From a virus (taxonomy: Duplodnaviria; Caudoviricetes), in the IMG/VR virus record IMGVR_UViG_3300027898_000001: a DNA stretch of 64,000 nucleotides; one strand, 5' to 3'. Made by a program: the position numbers and the translations under genes. Shown here piece after piece: positions 36,489-45,916 of this stretch (positions within the stretch are counted from its first letter, which is position 1; every line of letters begins with the position of its first letter). The notes beneath the pieces were generated by a model, which saw nothing but the letters and a program-made list of their open reading frames with translations, did no database searches and was not told where the DNA came from.

Positions 36489-37235
36489 ATGACGGCACAT
36501 AAAGAAATACCTGAGCGTTTACTAGAGTACATTTGCCACGTTATGGAAGAGTATAAACGCCGTGTACCCGACACTGTTTATGCTCACCATAAACGCGATA
36601 TTGGGTATGTTGTTATCGAAGCCCAACCACCCGGTGAAAACGATTTTAGTTATCTATACGACAACGATCTGGATGTAATCATTGAAACGATAGTTGATGG
36701 GCATTATCAAGTTTACGATAAATACTTTGTGTCAAATACACATACACAAATTGTCGATTACTACAGACCTCTTCTGGCCGCAGGTACTCACTATATAATG
36801 CAATCTAACAATGGTTTGATGTTTGTGTTTATGCGAACAGATTGCAGCGAAAGTTTGAAGCAACACACCGTAAATAAGTTGGGTTTGAAAATGATTCGCA
36901 AGGAATCCAAACAGACAGAATTGCGCCGTTCGATTAAAGCCTCTCTTATATCTGCTGGCCTTGTTGCAGAAAATTCCGAACCTACCGAACAGGCATATCT
37001 TGCGATAGAGCAAGTGCTTAGAAAACATGATGACTCTTTACCTCATGTGTGGTGCAATATACAAGATGGGAATTTCAGTAATTCGTGGGTACCTTCTCAA
37101 CAACATTGGAATACACCTATCGAAGAACTTATTTCACACACAGAAGAACCAGATATGCGTGTGTGGAAGTTATTGCGTTATGAGTGTGTGTCCGATACCG
37201 ATTTTCAATTCAACAAACTTATGAGATTACGATAA
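36489..37235 (+). CDS. hypothetical protein
   Basis: 248-aa ORF, AAGGA RBS. Confidence 0.75.
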   Translation: MTAHKEIPERLLEYICHVMEEYKRRVPDTVYAHHKRDIGYVVIEAQPPGENDFSYLYDNDLDVIIETIVDGHYQVYDKYFVSNTHTQIVDYYRPLLAAGTHYIMQSNNGLMFVFMRTDCSESLKQHTVNKLGLKMIRKESKQTELRRSIKASLISAGLVAENSEPTEQAYLAIEQVLRKHDDSLPHVWCNIQDGNFSNSWVPSQQHWNTPIEELISHTEEPDMRVWKLLRYECVSDTDFQFNKLMRLR

Positions 37236-37858
37236 TGGAAGATAAAGATTTAAAACGTATAAGTGCTCGTTTGAAAGGGTTGGAAGATAGACAAACCGAG
37301 ATTACGGATGGGTTAACTTCTTTGCAGAATACTTGTGCCGAATTATTACATATAGTTTCTGGTGATGCAGAGCGAGAAGGTTCAGTTAAACCACCACGTA
37401 AATCTAAATCAAAGAGTCGTGTTACCGAAGCCATGGCAGAATCATTTGTTCAAGTTATGAATGAACTTTTTGACATCATTTATAAAAACGATGTTCAAAC
37501 TATTTTCTACGAACATATTGGCGTTCTTATTGTTACTACCCAAGTTAGTGGCAGAGGTCCATTTGCGCAATTGATGGCGCTGTATGGCAACTTTAACGAT
37601 GTGCTAAAGGACTACGCTGAAATACTAGTAGCCTTTATAGATGATAGGGATGAGGACTCGGAGGAAGAATTACCTGATACCGAAGTCTTATCTGACCGTA
37701 TTGAAGGATTGTTAGAATCCGGTGCTCGTATCCGCCTGTATTATAGCTCTGGTAATGTTGCTTTTGGTTTGTACAATGTTTTATTTCCAGAAGCAGGATT
37801 ACAAGCATTTTGTGAGAGTAATTTGGTATTCTCTGCACTACCAAAAATAAACATTTAA
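37235..37858 (+). CDS. hypothetical protein
   Basis: TAATG overlap, MEDKDL. Confidence 0.75.
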   Translation: MEDKDLKRISARLKGLEDRQTEITDGLTSLQNTCAELLHIVSGDAEREGSVKPPRKSKSKSRVTEAMAESFVQVMNELFDIIYKNDVQTIFYEHIGVLIVTTQVSGRGPFAQLMALYGNFNDVLKDYAEILVAFIDDRDEDSEEELPDTEVLSDRIEGLLESGARIRLYYSSGNVAFGLYNVLFPEAGLQAFCESNLVFSALPKINI

Positions 37859-37861
37859 TTG

Positions 37862-37985
37862 TTGCATCCTGTTTTAAAATATGATATAATGAGTTGTCAG
37901 AGAAATATCTATCCTGTCTACACTTTGTAGGTATAGCTCATAATCCATATTCAAATGTTTGTAAACTTCAGGAGTATCAAATATG
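37862..37985 (+). promoter_or_regulatory. repeat cassette copy 4
   Basis: TTGCAT-N17-TATAAT(37885), hairpin 37891-37939, AGGAG, ATG 37983. Confidence 0.85.
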
Positions 37986-39194
37986 CTTAAATCTGTAAAA
38001 GAATTGCGTATCCCACAAAATGCAACACCTGCGTTGCGTACTTCAATTTCCAATGCTGCTCTTATAAAGCAAAACATTGCCACATTGGAGGACGACTGTG
38101 TTGTAGAGCGTACGCCTGCGGAAGTATTGCGTACACGTATCGAAAACATTATTGTCACGTTGCCTGCTATGTTTAATTTGCAAGGCCACCAATCTGATTT
38201 GGAATTAGAAATCGCTCAAGCATTTAAAGATTGGGGATTGTTGTCGGATGTGGAAGCAGAAGCGTTTATGTCAGGTAAAAATGTTCCAAAATCTGTACCC
38301 GTAACCGAGAGTCAGACGTTTGTGAAACCATTTACTTTCCGCACCTACGCTGATCGCCTCAGTATTTGTGGTATACCAAGTAGTATTTCACAAATATTGT
38401 ATAATCACATAGATGATCGTGGTGTCGTGCCAATATCTGGCTCACAATCACAGTGCCGTAACTATTTGTTTGATACGGGCCTTCGTATTATTGCTATGTC
38501 AATTGATGAACGCAAGATAATGTTGGAAGCATTTCGTGATTCTCTCGTCGGTATTATCAATAGCACTTTATCTGCTGGTGATGCAGGCTACGCACTGCTG
38601 AATAGATTCCAACTACCTGCATTATCGGAAACTATGTTGTGCTTAGCTAAAGAAGTTGATTATGCTGATGTCTTGCGTAGATCATTGAACACAGCGTTTG
38701 GTAAAGATTTAGCACCAGCATACAAGAAGTTGATTCTCGACCTTATGGAAATCGACCAAAATGTTTATAATTGGACTTACGATGCAAAAGAGATTTACGA
38801 TAAGTATGAATTACATTCTAGTAAAAGTCCTTCTACAGAAGTGCTATTGCATCACGTAAAACAATTCCGCGATACTTTGATCGAGTGTTTAAAGTTTGCT
38901 AATGTTTCTGCTGATGCTTCGTATGAGGAAAAATCCACTCAATGTTTGGCACTCAGTGTTTTGCGATTAATCAAAGAAGACTTTGCTTCAATCCGAATGT
39001 TCACCACAATACACGGTGAAAAGTTTCCAGCAGACTTTAATTCTAGCCTAGCTAGACTTGCTGCTGTGGAAGAAGTTGTAGCTGAACACAACACTGCCCG
39101 TGCTATCGCTGAAAATATGAGTTTGAAAGAATTGTATCAAATCATAAGCGATAGCATTAAAAAACAAAGTATGGAGGTATCTGGTGTTGATTAG
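37983..39194 (+). CDS. hypothetical protein (first gene after cassette 4)
   Basis: 403-aa ORF. Confidence 0.8.
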   Translation: MLKSVKELRIPQNATPALRTSISNAALIKQNIATLEDDCVVERTPAEVLRTRIENIIVTLPAMFNLQGHQSDLELEIAQAFKDWGLLSDVEAEAFMSGKNVPKSVPVTESQTFVKPFTFRTYADRLSICGIPSSISQILYNHIDDRGVVPISGSQSQCRNYLFDTGLRIIAMSIDERKIMLEAFRDSLVGIINSTLSAGDAGYALLNRFQLPALSETMLCLAKEVDYADVLRRSLNTAFGKDLAPAYKKLILDLMEIDQNVYNWTYDAKEIYDKYELHSSKSPSTEVLLHHVKQFRDTLIECLKFANVSADASYEEKSTQCLALSVLRLIKEDFASIRMFTTIHGEKFPADFNSSLARLAAVEEVVAEHNTARAIAENMSLKELYQIISDSIKKQSMEVSGVD

Positions 39195-39227
39195 CATTAA
39201 AATCGTTCGGCCTTGAAATTGTAATCT

Positions 39228-39256
39228 TTCAGACTAGAATATACACCTAGTCTGAA
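39228..39256. other. 10-bp inverted repeat hairpin (terminator or processing site)
   Basis: TTCAGACTAG-N9-CTAGTCTGAA. Confidence 0.5.
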
Positions 39257-39314
39257 TTAGTTTCTTTTGTTGTAAACATTAACCGCTGTTCTTTAATTAC
39301 TCTTGGAGTTACTT

Positions 39315-40649
39315 ATGTCTACTGTAAAACTTTTGAAAAAATACATCGGCTACAAAGTAGTATTGGCTGATAAAACTCGCACCGCTGTTTCACAAGTTCT
39401 TGCTACTACGTTCAAACTTGAAAATGGCTCACGTATTAAGCCAGAGTCTTTGACTTTATCTGGTACTACGTTGAAAGAAGTGGTTGCAGCTAAAGCAGTG
39501 CAAAAGAAAGCAGCGCCTGTTGCACGTGGTACTGCGCGTAACACTAAGCCTGCTGCTTCTGCTAAATCATCTAAGGCCAAAGATTGGTCAACCGCTCCAC
39601 GCCGCGAATGTGTTGATGAATTGTTGGCACGTGAAGTGTTTACTAAGCGTATCGACCAACAAGGTTTGAGTATTGATGAATTGCGTGAAATGTGTGCTAG
39701 TGGTAAAGTCGGTAAGAAAAAGCCAGCTGCCTCAACTAAACCTGCACGTGGAACTACTAAAGTAACAGCTTCTGCTAAACCAACGCGCGGCGCTAAAGTA
39801 AATGCTAAGCCCACTCGCGCACCGAAAGAAGAATCTCAGAAGCGTTTGCGTAGTATTTCAGCGTTCAACGATAAGAATGTTACCTCGATTGAAACTTTGT
39901 TGAATACTTCTGCACTGTCTGATTTTATCAAGCAACAAACTGGCTTCGATGTAGAAGTAGCCGCATTTAATACGTTGCACCTTGATCGCCGTTGTACGTT
40001 GCAGATCGGTTTGGTACCTGCCGATGCAGATGAAGATGAACGTGCAGCATACATGGTCGAGCTTGATGAAGATGCCGAAGAGGCAGCGGAAGAAGACGAC
40101 GAATTGGATGCAGATGATGACTTGGAAGAGTCTGCCGATTCTGATGACGACCTCGGCGACCTAGACGAAGAGGAAGAGGAAGATGAAGAGGAAGATGAAG
40201 ATGAAGAATCGGACGATGAAGAAGAGGAAGAAGATGACCTCGATGAAGAAGACGAATCTGATGATGACGAGGAAGAGGAAGATGACGAGGAAGAAGAATC
40301 TGATGACGACGAAGAAACCTCGGATTTAGATGCCTTGAAAGAACTTACAGGTTTAAGCGAATCTAAACTACAACCTCTTATTGCTGCTTGGTATGAAAAT
40401 GAAGAAGTTGAAGAAAAACTGGGCCGTGACGAATTACCGTTAGGCACTAAGTTGATTAGCGCTAAATCTGGTAACACCTTGATCGTTATCGGCTTTGACG
40501 ATACTAAGGATAAAGTAGCCTTGTTTGATACCGCAGCATCTTCTGTAACCTGTGCAAACATTGTTACCGTTGCCAAAATGGAAGAAGCGGATTCCGATGA
40601 AGAAGACTTGGAAGAAGCGGATGATGAAGATGAAGATTTAGAAGATTAA
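39315..40649 (+). CDS. protein with K/A-rich N-terminal region and long D/E tract
   Basis: GGAG RBS, MSTVKLL; acidic run of about 90 residues. Confidence 0.85.
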   Translation: MSTVKLLKKYIGYKVVLADKTRTAVSQVLATTFKLENGSRIKPESLTLSGTTLKEVVAAKAVQKKAAPVARGTARNTKPAASAKSSKAKDWSTAPRRECVDELLAREVFTKRIDQQGLSIDELREMCASGKVGKKKPAASTKPARGTTKVTASAKPTRGAKVNAKPTRAPKEESQKRLRSISAFNDKNVTSIETLLNTSALSDFIKQQTGFDVEVAAFNTLHLDRRCTLQIGLVPADADEDERAAYMVELDEDAEEAAEEDDELDADDDLEESADSDDDLGDLDEEEEEDEEEDEDEESDDEEEEEDDLDEEDESDDDEEEEDDEEEESDDDEETSDLDALKELTGLSESKLQPLIAAWYENEEVEEKLGRDELPLGTKLISAKSGNTLIVIGFDDTKDKVALFDTAASSVTCANIVTVAKMEEADSDEEDLEEADDEDEDLED

Positions 40650-40668
40650 TAGTAAATCGTAATTTGTC

Positions 40669-40709
40669 GCTCTACCTACACAAGTGTAAATAAAGTGTGT
40701 AGGTAGAGC
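40669..40709 (+). promoter_or_regulatory. 14-bp perfect hairpin with TGTAAATA box in its loop
   Basis: GCTCTACCTACACA-AGTGTAAATAAAG-TGTGTAGGTAGAGC. Confidence 0.65.
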
Positions 40710-40753
40710 ACACTATCCTTCATCCTTATCCTCTTTATATGAGATTACTGAAA

Positions 40754-41305
40754 ATGGCAGAAAAGAAGAAAGTTAAAAAGTCGGTGAAACCAGCTACGTC
40801 TGCAATCCCGGCTAAGAAAAAGAAAGCTGTATCTAAGCAGGAAGAAGTTGTCTTGAAAAAGAAAAAGTCTTCTTCAAAAGAAGAAGCCCCTGCTAAGAAA
40901 GTTAAGTCTGGTAAAGCTAAACCAGTACGTGTTAAGAAAGTTAAAGAAGTACCTGTGTACACACCTGTAAAAGAAAAACTCAATCGTACTCAATTGATTG
41001 AACACTTGGCAGAAGAAACTGAATTAGATAAGAAACAAATCAAGTCAGTATTGGATGCTATTGAACAAGTTATTTTCGGCAGTGTTACACATAAGGGTGT
41101 TGGTGAATTCCAAATTCCTGGTCTTTTGAAAATCAAAACAGTACACAAACCTGCAACTAAAGGTGGTGAGAAGAAAAAGAACCCCTTCAAACCTGGTGAA
41201 ATGATGATTACTAAAGCCAAACCTGCAACGGTTAAAGTTAAGATTCTGCCCCTTAAGAAACTCAAAGACGCAGCAATCCCTCCAGCAAAAGTTAGTAAAA
41301 AGTAA
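40754..41305 (+). CDS. HU/IHF-family DNA-binding protein with Lys-rich N-terminal extension
   Basis: LNRTQLIEHLAEETELDKKQIKSVLDAI...FQIPGL...KNPF...KPATVKVKILPLKKLKDA. Confidence 0.85.
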   Translation: MAEKKKVKKSVKPATSAIPAKKKKAVSKQEEVVLKKKKSSSKEEAPAKKVKSGKAKPVRVKKVKEVPVYTPVKEKLNRTQLIEHLAEETELDKKQIKSVLDAIEQVIFGSVTHKGVGEFQIPGLLKIKTVHKPATKGGEKKKNPFKPGEMMITKAKPATVKVKILPLKKLKDAAIPPAKVSKK

Positions 41306-41357
41306 TCACAGTGTGAACATAAAAAGAGGCTTTTGCCCCTTTTGTGCAAAGGATACT

Positions 41358-41612
41358 ATGAAAACAAAAATATCAATACGTCAATCCAAAGAACGCGCAC
41401 AGCGTATCAAACAATTAATAGTCATAAAGCTATTAAATCATATAGAGTCCGACGAAGTTTCTATTCGTCAAATTGCCTTGCTAACAAAAATAAGCCAAGA
41501 ACGTATAGGACTCCTATTAAACCCAACTATCCTATCTTTAGATTTAATTGTGTTGAGTTCTGTGTGCCATGTGCTTGGATTGCGCATTGTTGTCAATCGC
41601 ACTAAGATTTAA
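41358..41612 (+). CDS. XRE-like helix-turn-helix protein
   Basis: VSIRQIALLTKISQERIGLLLN...LSSVCHVLG. Confidence 0.55.
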   Translation: MKTKISIRQSKERAQRIKQLIVIKLLNHIESDEVSIRQIALLTKISQERIGLLLNPTILSLDLIVLSSVCHVLGLRIVVNRTKI

Positions 41613-41622
41613 GGAATTAATT

Positions 41623-42060
41623 ATGTTTAATCGTGTTCGCAGTGACGCTAATGAGTTTCGTCCTGGATTGTTTGTTAATCGTGCCTTGTTGTCTATCGGT
41701 ATATCAGATACAACCGATAACGGTAATCTGATGCCTGGTTTATTTCCTTATACGTTTGCTTGTTACGATCCACGTTCCGTGAATCTTGACCAGTTGCATG
41801 TGCGAGTTTCCAAACTGTCTGATGAATTGAAAGCATTTTACACTCAGGTATCTCAATCGTTTAAATCACAGACACTCCAATGGTTTGCATTCCCCGTGAA
41901 CGTGAATGGTAGTTATGAAATCTGTGTTATGAATACACAAACATATATTGAATTCCGAAAAGGCAATATTGAAGATTTGCAAATTGATGGTTGTATTTCT
42001 TTAATTGGGGAATCTGACCTACCCTTTGTTGATGAACTCTCAGGATATTACTCATGTTAG
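41623..42060 (+). CDS. hypothetical protein
   Basis: AAGGA RBS. Confidence 0.7.
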   Translation: MFNRVRSDANEFRPGLFVNRALLSIGISDTTDNGNLMPGLFPYTFACYDPRSVNLDQLHVRVSKLSDELKAFYTQVSQSFKSQTLQWFAFPVNVNGSYEICVMNTQTYIEFRKGNIEDLQIDGCISLIGESDLPFVDELSGYYSC

Positions 42061-43472
42061 CAAAATCAATAAAATCACGCCAGTTATTAGAATTGTTTAA
42101 TACACTAGCAACAACTCATACTTCTAGTGTTTGTAATACACCTGAGCACTTACAGGGTTCCAGTATTGATATGTTACTAGGGGATAGGCGTATCATGCAA
42201 CGACTTCCAAGAAAGACCGTTGTGTCTATATGTAAATCCGCGCGTGGAGGTGATTTAAAATCAATGCTTACATTATCTATGATGTATTCAGTTGGTTTAG
42301 GTGTACCTAAAGATGCGCACCTAAGTATTTGCTGGGCTAGCATGTCTATCTTAGAAGCCCCTCCAACTCCATTGAAAGAAATATATGATGCTTTACGTAG
42401 TCACGTATTGTGCATGACGGATGATTTTGTTTATCCAACTAGTCTTACCGCAATTCACAACTATTTTAGACCACCAAAAGCAGTATCGCACGACCAGATT
42501 AAAAAGCTCAATGGTCGTTATCGTGTATCTCCTGTATACAGCGGCATGCCTATAAATCTTGTTTATCGTTTCGCAGGTGGAGATTGTTTTCTCTATGATG
42601 TATTCTTTGATAAAGAGAAGGTTCTTTTAGATAAAGTTCATCGCTTAGATATTCCAAAACAATTTGGTGTTATTCGTAGTAAATCCACAATTGATGATTA
42701 CCGTACACGCGCTAAGAAACTCGCAGAAGACGATACACTCGACCTTATTGTGATATCTGGTACATTGGTCGTGCCTCGTTCTTTGCGGTCTTACGTTCGT
42801 AATAACTATCCAAAGTGTAGTTCAGTTTACGAGTTGTTTAACGCATTCCTAGAAGATAATAGAGAACGTAAAAACTTTGTAGACCCCAATGATATTGAAG
42901 GTATGCAGAAAGATTTGGAATCTACACGCAAACTTCTTGGCACTATTAAAGACGGTACTCTGGAATCTAAGATGCGCAGCGAGTACAACAGAAAACGCAA
43001 GAACTACAAAGCGACAAAAGATCTTTCTTTGAAAGATGACTGCTTGCGTTTGAAAGCAGAACATCAAAAACTGAAATCCGGTGCTTTATTACAGGAGTGT
43101 AAAGATACAATACGTAGATTGAAAGCGAGTATTGAAACATGCGAATCCTCCCAAGAGCAGGATAAGCTGAACCACAAGTACAGCTACCTTGAAAACGTAT
43201 TCCAGTTTGTTGCAACCACAGCCTATTACTACAATGAGGCTAAAAAGCGCATAATGTTGCCAATAACTTCAAACTTTAAATCACACATGAGTAGTTTGGG
43301 TTTCGATGTTAGCGGTATACTGGAGTCTGTGCATATAGTTACAGACAAGTTTGATACCAAAACCGTGTTATCTAAATTGCGTGATCCAGAATACGTTGTT
43401 CGTGGGCTTGTATTTCAACCCATTGACGTAAGTGTAAATAGTAAAGCATTATCAATCAACATAGAAAGGTAG
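42054..43472 (+). CDS. Sel1-like repeat + degenerate NAD-dependent DNA ligase-like adenylation domain
   Basis: LSMMYSVGLGVPKD..W (Sel1-like); YRVSPVYSGMPINLVY, ISGTLV, YVVRGLVF resemble ligase motifs I, III, IV without catalytic residues. Confidence 0.45.
   Translation: MLAKSIKSRQLLELFNTLATTHTSSVCNTPEHLQGSSIDMLLGDRRIMQRLPRKTVVSICKSARGGDLKSMLTLSMMYSVGLGVPKDAHLSICWASMSILEAPPTPLKEIYDALRSHVLCMTDDFVYPTSLTAIHNYFRPPKAVSHDQIKKLNGRYRVSPVYSGMPINLVYRFAGGDCFLYDVFFDKEKVLLDKVHRLDIPKQFGVIRSKSTIDDYRTRAKKLAEDDTLDLIVISGTLVVPRSLRSYVRNNYPKCSSVYELFNAFLEDNRERKNFVDPNDIEGMQKDLESTRKLLGTIKDGTLESKMRSEYNRKRKNYKATKDLSLKDDCLRLKAEHQKLKSGALLQECKDTIRRLKASIETCESSQEQDKLNHKYSYLENVFQFVATTAYYYNEAKKRIMLPITSNFKSHMSSLGFDVSGILESVHIVTDKFDTKTVLSKLRDPEYVVRGLVFQPIDVSVNSKALSINIER
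43433..43440 (+). promoter_or_regulatory. TGTAAATA box
   Basis: AAGTGTAAATA, 43 nt before 43483. Confidence 0.65.
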
Positions 43473-43482
43473 GGTACTCACT

Positions 43483-44637
43483 ATGAGTCAAGATCAAAAT
43501 GAAAACGCACCTAATTCACTATCTGCGCAGCAAGCTCAGCAGATTGCATCTTCACAACCATCACCAGAAGGGGTCATTATGTCGCAGCAGCCACAAGTCG
43601 CTACCGAAGAAACTGCAATTAATACGCAGTTGGTAGAATCTAACGTAGAGGTAGTACGTACACCCACAATCGCCGATTTATTGGGTGCAGATTCTACTTC
43701 AGTATTTAAAATCCAGCCGCGTTTTTTGCTTACGTTCACACCACGTGCGTATGATACATTACCAGATAAAGTTGTTATCCACGGTAACTACTACAACTTA
43801 CGCAGCCCACTTGCAACTGGTGAAGGTTCTGCCGCTAAGCCATTTGGTATTGTTCGTGAAGGGTTTGCGAATGCTGTTAAGTATTTGAGCGAATTGTCTG
43901 CTTCTACTAATTTGTCATACTTCGGTAAAGCTGCGGATGCTGATTTTGCAGTACAGTCATTGTCTGAACAAATTGCAAATACAGTGCAGTCAATCTTTTT
44001 AGAATTTAATAACGGTTCTGATACATTCGACATTCCAGAAAATGGCTTGAAAGATTACGTACACGCTGTAAGTGAAGACGGTTCACTTGATGTTAATTCG
44101 GAAGTTGAATACGTTGAAATTGATGTATCAAACATTTTCAACGTAGTTGTTTCTCCAACATTGAGTGTTCTTGAAACTGGTACTGTAATCAATATAAACG
44201 TGAATGTTAATGTTGTTATTCCACGCCTAGTTGATTCCGATACACCTGTTAAAGATATTCGTATCATGCACCGCATTGGTGAAAACTATGCTCGTTCATT
44301 TGGTATCGGTACTGAAAACTTCCGTAGTGCATTAGTGTTAGATAGTTCAAACTTGTTAAACGCAGATACTCAAAAGCTTATTGCCTCGTACAGCGAAGAA
44401 GGTGTTGTTGCTGATGTTGTTAATTACGGGTATTTTGAACAAGCGACTGCTAACAATGAGGACCGCCTTGAAATTCTGCCTATTGGTACAACTGCTCCTG
44501 ACGCATTTAACTCCGTATTCGCGTTCGGTGGTGATTTACTCATTATTGCAGCCTCGTTTCCAAAAGAAGCTGTTCCAGTTGCACAACCTACACCTGTCTT
44601 GAAAAAGAAAAAGAAATTGTTAAAACGCAGCCGTTAA
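43483..44637 (+). CDS. hypothetical protein
   Basis: 384-aa ORF after a TGTAAATA box; basic C-terminus. Confidence 0.85.
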   Translation: MSQDQNENAPNSLSAQQAQQIASSQPSPEGVIMSQQPQVATEETAINTQLVESNVEVVRTPTIADLLGADSTSVFKIQPRFLLTFTPRAYDTLPDKVVIHGNYYNLRSPLATGEGSAAKPFGIVREGFANAVKYLSELSASTNLSYFGKAADADFAVQSLSEQIANTVQSIFLEFNNGSDTFDIPENGLKDYVHAVSEDGSLDVNSEVEYVEIDVSNIFNVVVSPTLSVLETGTVININVNVNVVIPRLVDSDTPVKDIRIMHRIGENYARSFGIGTENFRSALVLDSSNLLNADTQKLIASYSEEGVVADVVNYGYFEQATANNEDRLEILPIGTTAPDAFNSVFAFGGDLLIIAASFPKEAVPVAQPTPVLKKKKKLLKRSR

Positions 44638-44646
44638 TCGTAAAAC

Positions 44647-44654
44647 TGTAAATA
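44647..44654 (+). promoter_or_regulatory. TGTAAATA box
   Basis: AACTGTAAATA, 40 nt before 44694. Confidence 0.7.
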
Positions 44655-44693
44655 AGTAATACGATAAACAAACTTCTACAAAAGGAGAATAAC

Positions 44694-45287
44694 ATGGCTG
44701 CAGGCTCTCGCCGTCTAGCTCGTTCTGATCGGGTATCAAAACGCTTACGCGGCATTAAAAAAGGTACAGGTATCAAATTGAAAGGTGCTATACATGTATT
44801 AAATGTGTATGCCTTGGTACCTGTTCAAGTGAATGGTTTTCTTGTTTCAATGAACAAGAATTTCATTGTCTTCCGTCACAAGAAAACTAACGCAAGTAAA
44901 AAGACCCGCGTTAGTACATTTCCAAGAAATTCTGTGATTGAAGTGTTTGGTCAAGTCGGTGAACCTTCGCAAGTTACAATGTGGCGCCGAAACTTGATTA
45001 GTTCTGTTCGCGGTCGTGTCACGTTGAACAATAAACAAGGCTCTGTAACTGTTATTGACTTAACTAGTGAAGAACCAACGACTATCTTCCTAAACGATTC
45101 TATTGAAATCGAGTTGTTTGCGGATGAAGAAGAAAAGGCGCAACGTGCACCTAAGAAACGTAAATCTCGACCTGTAGTGGAAGAGGAAGACGAATCTGAC
45201 GAGGATGATGAAGATGACTCCGATGAGGAAGACTTTGAAGAATCCGATGATGAGGAAGAAGACGAAGACGAAGAAGACCTCGACTAG
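44694..45287 (+). CDS. hypothetical protein, basic beta-rich core and acidic tail
   Basis: AAGGAG RBS; TGTAAATA box. Confidence 0.85.
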   Translation: MAAGSRRLARSDRVSKRLRGIKKGTGIKLKGAIHVLNVYALVPVQVNGFLVSMNKNFIVFRHKKTNASKKTRVSTFPRNSVIEVFGQVGEPSQVTMWRRNLISSVRGRVTLNNKQGSVTVIDLTSEEPTTIFLNDSIEIELFADEEEKAQRAPKKRKSRPVVEEEDESDEDDEDDSDEEDFEESDDEEEDEDEEDLD

Positions 45288-45294
45288 TCAAAAG

Positions 45295-45302
45295 TGTAAA
45301 TA
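45295..45302 (+). promoter_or_regulatory. TGTAAATA box
   Basis: AAGTGTAAATA, 52 nt before 45354. Confidence 0.7.
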
Positions 45303-45353
45303 AGTTTTGTAGTACCACATTCACAGTAACCCTAGATATAGGAAAATCGAAAA

Positions 45354-45785
45354 ATGGCTAAAAAGAAAGCAGCTCCAGTTTTAAACATTAGCGAATTGTT
45401 GGCAAACGCTTACCTGAATCTTTTGATGGAAGCTAAAGAAGCCGGTCTTGAAACTATCGAAGAACTGATTGCCCAGATCGAACCTCTTGCCGGCGATTCA
45501 GACTATGAGTCTGACGAAGACGAAGACGATGAGTCTGACGAAGACGATGACGATGATTCGGATGACGATGAAGACGATGATTCGGATGACGAAGACGATG
45601 ATTCGGATGACGAAGACGAAGATGATTCGGATGACGAAGACGAAGATGATTCGGATGACGAAGACGAAGATGATTCGGATGACGAAGACGAAGATGATTC
45701 GGATGAAGATGAAGACGAAGATGAAGACGAAGATGAAGACGAAGACGAAGATGAAGACGAAGACGATGAAGATTTTGATGACTAG
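45354..45785 (+). CDS. polyacidic protein (D/E tail of about 95 aa)
   Basis: AGGA RBS; TGTAAATA box; terminator downstream. Confidence 0.85.
   Translation: MAKKKAAPVLNISELLANAYLNLLMEAKEAGLETIEELIAQIEPLAGDSDYESDEDEDDESDEDDDDDSDDDEDDDSDDEDDDSDDEDEDDSDDEDEDDSDDEDEDDSDDEDEDDSDEDEDEDEDEDEDEDEDEDEDDEDFDD
45555..45720 (+). repeat. coding tandem repeat, 24-nt unit GATTCGGATGACGAAGACGAAGAT (DSDDEDED)
   Basis: Four perfect units at 45600-45695 with flanking variants. Confidence 0.9.
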
Positions 45786-45830
45786 TCTTAGTCCGTTACC
45801 TATTTAGTTTCAATTCGTTGCCAGATTTAC

Positions 45831-45857
45831 AGTGAGGTTAATTTGACCTCACTTTTT
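45831..45857 (+). terminator. intrinsic terminator
   Basis: AGTGAGGT..ACCTCACT-TTTT. Confidence 0.75.
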
Positions 45858-45916
45858 AAAACAAATTTAGTTTATTCGACTAGATACAAACCTTTAATAT
45901 TTTGGAGAAATGAATT

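Noticed and set aside
39836-40576. Long antisense poly-Ser ORFs (also 18779..18961, 45880..46314, 52090..52749)
   Set aside because: Shadows of GAY/GAR and AAR codon runs in real plus-strand genes; no RBS
45469-45807. ORF with MTKTKMIR repeats (also 52383..52781)
   Set aside because: Alternate-frame reading of the acidic tandem repeats
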